A DNA stretch of 63,363 nucleotides, counting the filler, from Malacoraja senta (Eukaryota): the NCBI GenBank assembly GCA_038087875.1. It is 4 parts of 4 records of this genome, joined end to end, with 100 filler letters (N's around TTAATTAATTAA, not from the genome) between each part and the next. Parts side by side here need not be neighbours in the genome. Positions count along the whole stretch, not along the records: positions 24,422 to 38,240 come from JAXLNO010000697.1; 3 more parts are not named here. The stretch is one strand, 5' to 3'. The position numbers and the translations under genes were made by a program. The notes beneath the pieces are model-generated. The model was not told the DNA's origin and did no database searches. It was given only the letters and a program-made list of their open reading frames with translations. Positions 27,916-38,340 of this stretch are shown here, piece after piece; the stretch's first letter is position 1, and each line of letters begins with the position of its first letter.

Positions 27916-28233
27916 TTGAAACAAAAAGACTCAAGGTCAGCCTGCTGCCTCCAGCTCATCAAGAGACCACGCGTAGCCACACAGCCACCCTCGAATGTGT
28001 GCTCTCTGGTTTCTACCCGAACCTCATAAACGTCACTTGGGAGAAAGACGGAGCCCCGATCTCCTCCACCACCAACGCTACACCGACTGCTCTGGAGCAG
28101 GGGGGGACTTTCAGTGCCAGCCACTTCCTGACTGTGAGTTCAGAGGATTGGAAGAAAGGCTCAGTCTTCGGCTGTACAGTGTCTCATCCCCCCTCGAACA
28201 CCAGTATCAGTCGGGAAGTGAAAAGCTTTCAAG
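27916..28233 (+). CDS. Isolated IgW/IgNAR-type heavy-chain constant exon (NAR C3 / IgW CH4-like)
   Basis: tcctcttttccag acceptor and GTACGG donor, phase 1-1, 318 bp, open. Encodes (V)ETKRLKVSLLPPAHQETTRSHTATLECVLSGFYPNLINVTWEKDGAPISSTTNATPTALEQGGTFSASHFLTVSSEDWKKGSVFGCTVSHPPSNTSISREVKSFQ. PTALEQ and SHPPS resemble nurse shark IgNAR C3 as I recall it. I cannot separate IgW from IgNAR without a search. Confidence 0.9.
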
Positions 28234-28319
28234 GTACGGTGCTGGGATTCACTCTAATGATCACATCTTTTACCCCGTCACAAAATAGGGCCAGGCAAGT
28301 TTAGCACTGAAGGACAGGT

Positions 28320-28860
28320 GTTGCAGTGTGTGAGTGATTGAGTGATAACCAAGAGGCCTAGACTAGTGTCAAGAAGAGTCAAGAGTGTTTTATTGTCATA
28401 TGTCCCGGACAGGACAATGCATTTCTTCCTTGCTGCAGCACAACAGAATATGTGAATATGTAAACATAGTACATAACGGGGGAAGAGAAAAATAGAAAAA
28501 GTTCAATAAATAACAAATAGTGCAAATAACAAATAATAATATCATCTTTTGCAGTTCAGAGCTCAAAGCTTATTCATTATGTTTAATAGCCTGATGGCTG
28601 CAGGGAAGAAGCTGTTCCTGTACCTGGATGTTACAGTTTTCAGGCTCCTGTAACTGCTTCCTGATGGCAATGGTGAGATGAGTGTGTGGCCAGGATGGTG
28701 TGGGTCTTTGATAATTTTGGCTGCCTTTTTGAGGCAGCGACTACGATAGATCCCTTCGACGGTCAAAGCCGGCGATGAACTGGGCAGTAGTCACAACTTT
28801 TTGTAGTCTTTTTCGCTCCTGGACGTTCAAGTTGCCGAACCAGGCCACGATGCAACCAGA
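28320..28860 (-). mobile_element. Rex1/Babar-like LINE 3' fragment
   Basis: IIKDPHHPGHTLISPLPSGSSYRSLKTVTSRYRNSFFPAAIRLLN, the typical Rex1-clade C-terminus. Confidence 0.8.
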
Positions 28861-28904
28861 ACTAGGGCACAATGCTAAATATTTCTGTACTTTTACATCT
28901 TCAG

Positions 28905-29124
28905 TTTATTCCAAAACTGCTCAGTAGCCAGGACACTGAGAAGACCAAGCCTGCTGTTCTTCAAAATTAGTGTCACAGGGTCAGTCCACTCATTGTTGTC
29001 GGCCCTCTGTGTGTGGCATCTCAGTCTAGTTGGCTTGCTGCTAATTTGAAGAGTGGAGTTGAGTATTTGTACTTGTACAATTGTTTGTCGACACTGGAAA
29101 AGAGGTCCATCAGAAAGTCCATTG
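28905..29124 (+). pseudogene. Degenerate second IgW/NAR constant exon remnant
   Basis: 3' part reads AANL(W)KSGVEYLY(C)L..LSTLEKRSIRKSI, like the ends of NAR C2/C4 (EWxSGxEYxC...TPVKxSIRK). An acceptor-like tttacatcttcag ends at 28904. It is too short for a full exon and key Trp/Cys codons are mutated. Confidence 0.4.
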
Positions 29125-29929
29125 AGTGGATGGAGCTGGGTGTTGGCATGGGAGTGATCATGGAGTCATAGATTTATACAGGACGGTAACAGGCTCTTCG
29201 GCTCAGCTTGCCTTTGCCAACCAAGCTGCCCGATCTACACTAGTCCCGTCTCCCCGTGTTTGGCCTAAATCACTGATCATCTCATGTTCATGTGATAGGA
29301 GCAGAATTAGGCCATTCAGCCCATCAAGTCTACTGCCATTCAATCATGGCTGATCTATCTCGCCTTCCTAACCCCATTCTCCTGCCTTCTCCCCTTGACA
29401 CCAATACTAATCAAGAATCAATCTATCTCTGCTTTAAAAATACCCATTGAGTGGACCTCCACAGCCTTCTGTGGCAATGACTTCCTCAGATTCACTACCC
29501 TGTGACAAAACAAATTCCTCATCTTCCTAGAGGAACCTCCTTTAATTCTGGGGCTATGGTCCTCGACTCTCCCACCAGTGGAATCATCCTCTTTACATCC
29601 GCTCTGTCCAGGCCTTTCACTATTCGTCCTATCCATGTACCTGTCCAAATAACTTTTAAACATTGTCATAGTTTCTGCGTCAACTACCTCCTCCCACAGC
29701 ACATTCCATGTCAAATGTGGTTATCTCCTCTTGTGATATTGTGTCGATAGTAACAAGACCAGGCTGTGGTTAGTTGAGCAGTTGCTACTCTTGAGGAAAG
29801 GGAATGTCTCTCCAGAAACTCACTGCTATTCAGTGTCTTGTGCAGACTGGTGTTCCAGGGTTCACATCGTTGCACGTTACTCAGCCAGAATGAAAATGGA
29901 TTCCAGATCAAATCCATATCAAACATCAT

Positions 29930-30500
29930 TTTTTGGTTAAACATAACTGGTTGCATCATGGCTTGGTTCGGCAACTTGAACGTCCAGGAGCGGAAAAGAA
30001 TGCAGAAAGTTGTGACCACTGCCCAGTCCATCATCGACTCTGACCTCCCTACCATCGAAGGGATCTATCGCAGTCGCTGCCTCAAAAAGGCTGCCAACAT
30101 CATCAAAGATCCTCACCATCCTGGCCACTCACTCATCTCTCCATTGCCATCAGGAAGAAGATACAGGAGCTTGAAATCTGGAACATCGAGGTTCAGGAAC
30201 AGCTACTTCCCCACAGCCATCAAACAAACTCTGAACAATAACAAAACAGCCTATTGCACNNNNNNNNNNNNNNNNNNNNNNNNNNNNNNNNNNNNNNNNN
30301 NNNNNNNNNNNNNNNNNNNNNNNNNNNNNNNNNNNNNNNNNNNNNNNNNNNNNNNNNNNNNNNNNNNNNNNNNNNNNNNNNNNNNNNNNNCTTTTATCTC
30401 CTGTTCTGTATTATGTTTACATATTCTGTTGTGCTGCAGCAAGCAAGAATTTCATTGTCCTATCTGGGACACATGACAATAAAACTCTCTTGACTCTTGA
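29930..30500 (+). mobile_element. Rex1/Babar-like LINE 3' fragment spanning a gap
   Basis: IMAWFGN..QKVV.TAQSII..LP...HPGHSL..LPSGRRYRS...RFRNSYFP. Confidence 0.8.
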
Positions 30501-30778
30501 AATATCAATTACCAAAGTTTCAGAGAACTTGCAGTTACTTTGATAACATCTTTGTGTCAGGTCCTGCATGAAACCTGCAGAGACAGACTTCCGGTGGCGT
30601 CATGTTGGACTAACAGACGTGCACCCAGCTCCACTCCAGAAAAACTTCACGATTTATCGTGTAAAACGGGTCCGAAAATCGGGATTGTTTTTAAAAACCT
30701 TACCGGAGCTTCTGGTTACCGCGCTGATGACGTCATCGTTAAACGCGATGTTTTAAACGGTGGTTTGAAGCCCTTTAA

Positions 30779-31849
30779 ATGAGTAAATTGCCTCCAGCTG
30801 TGAGCCCTCAGAGAACAGTGAATAAGCTGTCGAAAAAGTTTGAAGCAGAAGTTACCTCTGAAGTCTCTGAAGTGGCTGCAGAAATGGATACAAGATCTAA
30901 GAAAGACTTTGATGACTTGAAGAAATCAATGAAAAATTTGAAAGATGAGATCTCGGATAATAGGGTGGAAGATAAGAAGGAAATGAAGGAAAATTCGGCA
31001 AAAATGATGGAAGGAATGGAGAAGATGATGAAGGATTTAAATGCTGGTAACCAGAAGAATATGACGGATTTACTGGACATTATGAATAAACGAATTGATG
31101 AGGTGAAAGATGGACTATCAGAGAAAATGGATAAGATGGATGTAATTACTACGGATAAGTTCACGGCTGTACTTGAAACAGTAGCTGCAAGTATGCACAC
31201 AATTACGGAATTGGAGAAAAATACGGCTCGACTGGTTGAAGACATGGCGAAATTGAGGCAAGAACATGAGCAAATGAGGCGAGAAAACGAACAAGCGTCA
31301 CTACAAATGGGGACTCAATTAGAGAAAGTCTCAGTCAAATGCCTGGACCTGGAAGCTCGCTCTAGACGCCAGAATTTGAGAATTCTTGGTGTTTCAGAGG
31401 GGGCAGAAGGGGAACAGGTACGTGAATTTGCCATGGGCTTGTTGAAACAACTGTTGAATCTTTCCAAGGAACCGAAAATCGAAGTGGCTCATCGTGTCCC
31501 AAGATTTGGAAAAAGATCTGGTGCGGGAAAAGCTTATCCACGACATATTATAGTGAAATTTCGAGATACTGCAGAACTGGAATATGTTATGAGTAAAATC
31601 AAATATGGTGTACAATTGCGGCTGGACAAGGACACTATTAAGATATTCAGGGACTACCCGTATGAAATTGTGCAAAAAAGAAACAAATTTGATAAGGTTA
31701 AAGATCTTTTAAGAGGGAGAGAAGGGGTCAGATTTGGGGTTTTTTATCCCGCGAAAATGCGTATTTCCTTTAATGGTCTTGAAAAGTCATTTGTTAAGCC
31801 TGAAGACGCATTCAAATATGCCCAAACGATCGTTGAAAAACAGAAATAA
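30779..31849 (+). CDS. L1 ORF1p (356 aa, intact)
   Basis: Coiled-coil N-terminus followed by LEARSRRQNLRILGVSEG, IEVAHRV, RHIIVKF, IFRDY and YPAKMRI, typical L1 ORF1 RRM/CTD motifs. Confidence 0.93.
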   Translation: MSKLPPAVSPQRTVNKLSKKFEAEVTSEVSEVAAEMDTRSKKDFDDLKKSMKNLKDEISDNRVEDKKEMKENSAKMMEGMEKMMKDLNAGNQKNMTDLLDIMNKRIDEVKDGLSEKMDKMDVITTDKFTAVLETVAASMHTITELEKNTARLVEDMAKLRQEHEQMRRENEQASLQMGTQLEKVSVKCLDLEARSRRQNLRILGVSEGAEGEQVREFAMGLLKQLLNLSKEPKIEVAHRVPRFGKRSGAGKAYPRHIIVKFRDTAELEYVMSKIKYGVQLRLDKDTIKIFRDYPYEIVQKRNKFDKVKDLLRGREGVRFGVFYPAKMRISFNGLEKSFVKPEDAFKYAQTIVEKQK

Positions 31850-32657
31850 AAGGGAGCTTTGGCAGATCCGAATAATTCTCAGCTATGTTTTGTCTGGGGA
31901 TAGTTACACTGTTATCTCTGGAATGTTGAATCAAGGACATTTTCTGTTCAAAACGTGTAAACAACTGAACAGTTGGAATATGAATCAGAAAATAATTGCT
32001 TATTGATTAAAATGTTATAACCAATTGTAAGAACTTATCCTATTAACAACTTAAAAAGTTATGCAGGTTAGATTAGAATACTAACAAAAAAAATAAAAAT
32101 AATGAACTAACATACTAATATGAATTTTTAATAAATTGTAACCTTGTCTATAAGCGGGAGGAGGGGATGAGAAACGAGCTCCTGGCTTATGTCCAGGAGC
32201 ACGTCTCGTTAACCCCTTCAACCAACAGTTGATTCTTATTGAAATCAAAAATATTGGTTTAATAATTAAACTCTGATATATATATATGTTATAAGGAAAT
32301 ATCAGGGTAAAATTGTATTATATATCTGAATGTGAGGCCTCGTTTTAATATTTTAATATGTTATGATTAACTAAGAGAGCGGAGCTAGTTGAGTAACAAC
32401 GCAATGGAAGTCAAAACAAGGTTTTTTCCCACCTACAGGTGGGACACTCGCTACAGTGCCGACTATATCAGACACTGTAGCCTCACTTTTTTAGTTTTTT
32501 TTTTTATCACATAAAATCACTTGTTTGTGTTTTGTGTTTAGTGATAAGAGTAAAATGGACATACCAGCAAAAGTTAATAATTCAAAAACTCCCCCAATAC
32601 CTAAAGACCTGGGACATGGACGCACCACAAGATTCAAAGGTACTATAATTATTCAAA

Positions 32658-35600
32658 ATGCATGACACCACACAAAAGAACCTAGGAGGAATCTCATTTT
32701 GTAGTTGGAATATAAGAGGTATTAACGAACCTATCAAAAGGGGTAAGATATTAGCTCAGCTAAAAATGTATAATTCTGACATTACCTTCCTACAAGAAAC
32801 ACACCTAAAACCTCAGGACCAAGTTAGGCTGAGGGCGAAATGGATAGGTCAAACATACCACTCTTCATTCACTTCAAAATCTAGAGGCACGTCAATTATC
32901 ATAAGAAAAGGTATACCATTTAAAGCAAAGAATATTATAACAGATATAGAAGGGAGATACCTAATAGTTAATGGAGAAATCCATGACACTCCACTTACTT
33001 TGGTAAATATATATGCCCCTAACTTTGATAACCCCCACTTTTTCAATAAAATCTTCAATATAATTGCAGAGTCAAACTATCAAAATGTTATAATAGGCGG
33101 AGACTTTAATTGTGTTTTAGATCCGTACTTAGATAAATCAAGTCAAAAACAGAGAGGGAATATGAAATCGAAAACTGGGGAACTCCTCAATACCTATATA
33201 AATAACACTAATATAGCAGATGTTTGGAGAATTGTGAATCCAACTGGCAGGGAATATTCATTTTACTCAATGGTACATAAGACATACTCACGTATAGACT
33301 ACTTTCTGCTGGATACAAAATTAATCCCCCAAACATCTAATGCAATATACCATACAAATTCAATTTCAGACCATTCTCCACTTACTTTCTTTTTAAAACT
33401 GGAAGGATTGTCTAAGAATAATTCATTCTGGAGATTTAACTCTCAAATTTTAAAAGATCCACAAGCGAGTATATATTTAAAAGAACAAATGGAGGTCTTT
33501 TTTCAAACAAATGATACTTCAGATATATCGCCTACTTTACTTTGGGAATCTTTTAAAGCATACATTAGGGGTATTATAATTTCATATCAAGCTTTTCAAA
33601 ATAAAAAGAATAAGAATGAACAAAGACAGTTAGAAGAACTTATTAGACAAATGGATATAGATAATGCTAAAGATCCATCAATAGATAAACATAATAAAAT
33701 AATAATTTTAAAATTTAAATTAAATAAATTATTATCTGCCAAACTTATAAGACTTTTTCAAATTACAAAACAAGAGCACTTTGAATTTGGGGATAAACCG
33801 CATAAACTTTTGGCTCGCCAGCTAAAAAAACGAGAAAAGGAACATACTATACCAAAGATCAAATCAGATAAAGGGGAATTATTAACAACACCGAAGGATA
33901 TTAATAAAAGATTTGCGCAATTTTACGAGAATTTGTATACATCTAAAACGATAATTGATTCCAATAATATCACAAAGTTCTTGGATACCTGTAATCTTCC
34001 GAAGTTAGAGCTGAAGGAACAAGAGGAACTGGGTGCACAAATCTCAATTAAGGAATTAGAAGATACAATAAACTCATTAAAAAATGGAAAAACACCAGGC
34101 CCTGATGGATTTACTAATGAATTTTATAAAAGCTTTTATGATAAAATAATACCAAGATTACAAAAAATGTACCAATACGCTTTTAAAAAACGAATACTAC
34201 CTGATACATTAGCGGAATCAACGATTACATTAATACCTAAGAAAAATAAAGATTTAGAAGAACCTGGCTCATATAGAGCTATAGCATTGTTAAACACAGA
34301 TCAAAAAATATTAGCGAAAACATTAGCTAGAAGATTAAGTAAATACATTAGTAAATTAATAAACCCAGATCAGACAGGGTTTATCCCTAAGAGATACTCT
34401 TCTAATAATATGAGACGTCTACTCAACATAATGCACTCACACAAATCTGAAGATCAAGAATTATCAATTATTTCGCTGGATGCTGAAAAAGCATTTGATC
34501 AAGTAGAATGGAATTATATGGATAAAGTATTACAAAAATTTCAACTGGGAGAGAATTTTATTTTATGGATTAAGTTACTATATAACAAACCTACAGCTAG
34601 AATACTTACTAATAACATATTATCCTCAAAATTTCAACTATCAAGGGGAAATAGACAAGGATGCTCATTATCACCACAGCTGTTTGCTCTCATTATTGAA
34701 CCGCTAGCAGAAAAAATTAGAATACACCCTGATATTCATGGATATAATACTAAAGACTCATATAATAAAATATCTTTATACGCGGATGATATATTATTGT
34801 ATATTACAAAACCTCAAATCACTATACCAAATATATTAAATTTAATTGAAGACTTCGGATCTTTTTCTGGATATAGAATAAATTGGAATAAAAGTGAAAT
34901 TATGTCAATAAAACCGAAAGATTCAACACATCTTTTAAAATTCCCTTTTAAAATAGCTACAGAAAAATTTAAATATTTGTGAATCGAAATTACCAGAACA
35001 TATCAAGGTATGTTCAGGGCAAATTTTGACCCACTACTTAATAAACTGAATACATTAATTAAATTCTGGAAAACGCTCCCGATGTCTTTAATAGGCCGAA
35101 TAAACGCAATAAAAATGATCTTTTTACCACAAATTTTATATCTATTTCAATCAATTCCTATATACTTACCTAAGAAGTTTTTTAAAAAACTCGACTCAGA
35201 TATCACTAATTTTATATGGGACTATAAATCACATAGAATACAAAAAACCCATCTGAATAAACCTAAAGTATTGGGGGGTCTAGCACTACCTAATTTTATG
35301 TATTATTATTGGTCAGTAAATATTAAAAACATGATTCAACTGATGGATAACTCCGCCCAGCAAGTAGACTGGATTGTAATGGAGAAAGAGGATTGCTCCT
35401 CTAGAAACATTGGAGCGATCCTCCTCTCTCCAATGAAACTGAATAACATAAACTATAATAAGAACCCAATTATTCATAGTACAATCCGTATTTGGAAACA
35501 AATATAACAAAATTTAAAATTAAGAAACTTATCACTTTTATTACCTATAGTCAATAACCCTTCGTTTAGTCCTTCTATTATAGATAAAGCTTATACACAA

Positions 35601-36449
35601 TGGGATAGACTAGGAATTAAAACGCTTGGTGACTTGTATGAAACTGGAAAATTACTTTCATTTCAACAATTACAAATAAAATATAAACTCGGAAATAATC
35701 AATATTTTAAATACTTTCAAATATGCGACTATTTGAAAAAATATACAAAAGATCATTATAATAATCCAGTAGATGTATTGGACGAGGCAATGCAGATAAA
35801 AGCAGAATCAGCAAACTTAATATCATATTTGTATAATATTATTTTAAATGTACAAATACCACCTACGGAGGGTATCAGAAGAGACTGGGAACAAGAGTTA
35901 GCTATTAAAATTTCAAAGGAAAGTTGGAATGAATACTTATTAAACGTGCATAAATGCTCGATTAATGTAAGACACACTTTAATACAATTTAAAATTTTAC
36001 ATAGATTATATTATTCGAAAACTAAAATTCATAAAATTTTCCCAAGCGTATCATCTATTTGTGATAAATGTCAATCCCAAGAAGCAACTATAGCGCACTC
36101 ATTTGTCTTCTGTACAAAAATTCAAAAATTTTGGAATGAAATTTTTGAAATCTTTACAAAGTTATTTAAAACAAGACTGATACCCAAAGCAGAATGGATT
36201 ATCTTCGGAATAACGGAAGATGATCCAGAACTAAATGTGTTTCAAAAGAAATTAATGGACTATGGGTTAATAACTGGAAAAAAGCTAATTCTAAAATTTT
36301 GGAAGAAGGCTCCAATACCAACTATAAATATGTGGATTTCAAATATGTTTGAAACATTACACCTAGAAGAGATAAGACTCCTCCAAGCAGGTAAACCAGA
36401 TCACTTCCACCTGACGTGGTCTGCATTTATAGAATTATTACAAATATAG
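32658..36449 (+). pseudogene. L1 ORF2p (APE endonuclease-RT-C-terminal Cys motif) with two nonsense codons
   Basis: SWNIRG, LQETH, GGDFN, SRIDY, SDH; PGPDGF, LDAEKAFD, QGCSLSP, YADD; CxxC..H..FVFC. The three ORF-track pieces (32658, 35010, 35634) share one frame, broken only by TGA at 34980-34982 and TAA at 35505-35507. Confidence 0.95.
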
Positions 36450-37084
36450 GGTGCAAAAGTACTTTAAAAAAATAAAAAATTGAGGTCAGGTAAGGGGGGA
36501 TGATAGTTGAAGAGTTGGTATGTCCTATTTGCGTGATGCTAAAAAAAACACATTTGTTTCTCTTTTTTTCTCTTTCTCTTTTCTTTTCTTAGGGCCTATT
36601 TCTTAACTCTTTTTCTTTTTGTTTTTAATTTCGCTCTTATAGGGTCTTCATCCTTTTTTGTTGTTACATTTTCTACACTTTTCTACACTTGCACTTTTTC
36701 CTTCACTTTCTTCTTTCTTTCAATCTTTTCTTTTTCTAGTGTAAAAAAATAAATAAAGGGAGTACATTAATTGTAAGAAGATATAAATGACGAATATTAA
36801 TGTATGTGGTTGTAATGTAATGTACTTCTAATAAATAAAAATTAAAAAAAAAAGAAACCTGCAGAGACCCCACAAGAGGCTACATGTGTGTTTGTGTCAA
36901 TGTAACCTATCAATGTTCAATAAAGAATATACATGTAGTGTTGGTGTTCCCTGTTGGTGTGTTTTGGGAGGTGTTGCCAAGTTGGTGGGGAACACGTGAC
37001 CTGGATCTAAGATTGCACATTGTCTTTCTACAGATTATGTAAATATACATGTATTAGTCTCCTCCGTCCAAAGAATAGAACATT

Positions 37085-37112
37085 CTGAAGAAGGGTCTCG
37101 ACCCGAAACGTC
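37085..37112 (+). ncRNA. Minimal type I hammerhead-ribozyme-like core (best copy of a dispersed Penelope-derived repeat)
   Basis: CUGAAGA-A-[GGGUC UC GACCC]-GAAAC-GUC: the catalytic core, helix II and a palindromic ACGU helix III. Helix I pairing is weak. Confidence 0.55.
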
Positions 37113-37559
37113 ACCCATTCCTTCTATCCAGAGATGCTGCATGTCCTACAGAGTTTTGTGTCTATCTTTGCTGTAAACCAGCATCTGCAGTTCCTTCCCA
37201 CACATTCGTGATGAACCTTTCTGGTCTTTAAAATATTCAAAGCTAATGAACAGGGAAAGGAGTTTTGATCATCTTTGTGAATGCATTTGATAAACTCATT
37301 CAGAAAGTGGAAAGTTACAGAAGGAAGGGCCCGTGATGAGGTTTGCCTGTGGCAACGTGTTCAGGGCTGAAGCTATTCACTATATTTATTGATAGTTGAG
37401 ATGTCGGATAGAAAGCCACATGTCCAAGTTTGCCGCTCACACAAGGCAAGCAGAAGTGTGAACAGAGCATCTGGATGGTATCCTAGCTGAGATAAGGATA
37501 CATGAAGTGAATGGGCAAATCTGTGGCAAGAACCAGCTCTTTAAATATGTGTGGACCAC

Positions 37560-38140
37560 ACCCAAATACACAATAGACAATAGGTCCAGGAGTAGGCCAT
37601 ACGGCCCTTCGATCCAGCACCACCATTCAATGTGATCATGGCTGATCTTCCCCAATCAGTACCCCATTCCTGCCTTCTCCCCATATCCCCATACCTTTAA
37701 GAGCTCTCTTGAAAGTATCCAGAGAACCAGCCTCGACCGCCCTCTGAGGCAGAGAATTCCAGACTCACCACTCTCTGTGAGAAAAGGTGTTTCCTCGTCT
37801 CCGTTCTAAATGGCTTACCCCTTATGCTTAAACTGTGGCCCCTGGTTCTGGACTCACCCAACATCTCGAATGTGTTTCCTGCATCTAGCGTGTCCAAACC
37901 CTTAATAATCTTATATGTTTCAAGAAGATCACCTCTCATCCTTCTAAACTCCAGAGTATACAAGTCCAGCTGCTCCATTCTCTCAGCATATGACAGTCCT
38001 GCCATCCTGGGAATTAACCTTGTAAACCTACGCTGCACTCCCTCAATCGCAAGAATGTCCTTCCTCAGATTTGGAGACCAAAACTGTACACAATACTCCA
38101 GGTGTGGTCTCACTAGGGCCCTGTACAACTGCAGAATGAC
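37560..38140 (-). mobile_element. CR1 3' fragment
   Basis: LVRPHLEYCVQFWSPNL...RRMRGDLLETY. Confidence 0.9.
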
Positions 38141-38340
38141 CTATTTGTACAGGGGATAGATAGAGAGAGACGGGGAGAGAAGGGGGGGAGAGAGAGAGAG
38201 AGAGAAAGAGAAAGGGGGAGAGGGAGAGAGAGAGAGGGGGNNNNNNNNNNNNNNNNNNNNNNNNNNNNNNNNNNNNNNNNNNNNTTAATTAATTAANNNN
38301 NNNNNNNNNNNNNNNNNNNNNNNNNNNNNNNNNNNNNNNN

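Larger units (their letters stand above)
30585..36853 (+). mobile_element. Full-length L1-clade LINE with 15-bp target-site duplication
   Basis: GAAACCTGCAGAGAC flanks both ends (30570-30584 and 36854-36868). It has a CpG-rich 5' UTR, ORF1, an ~800-bp inter-ORF, ORF2, a T-rich 3' UTR, AATAAA and a poly(A) tail. Confidence 0.95.

Noticed and set aside
30561-36910. Pre-insertion site of the L1 rejoined (…VLHETCRDPTRGYMCVCVNVT…) as a possible Ig secretory tail
   Set aside because: The HE…VNV(S/T) spacing does not match IgM/IgW/NAR tails, and the terminal Cys pattern is missing.
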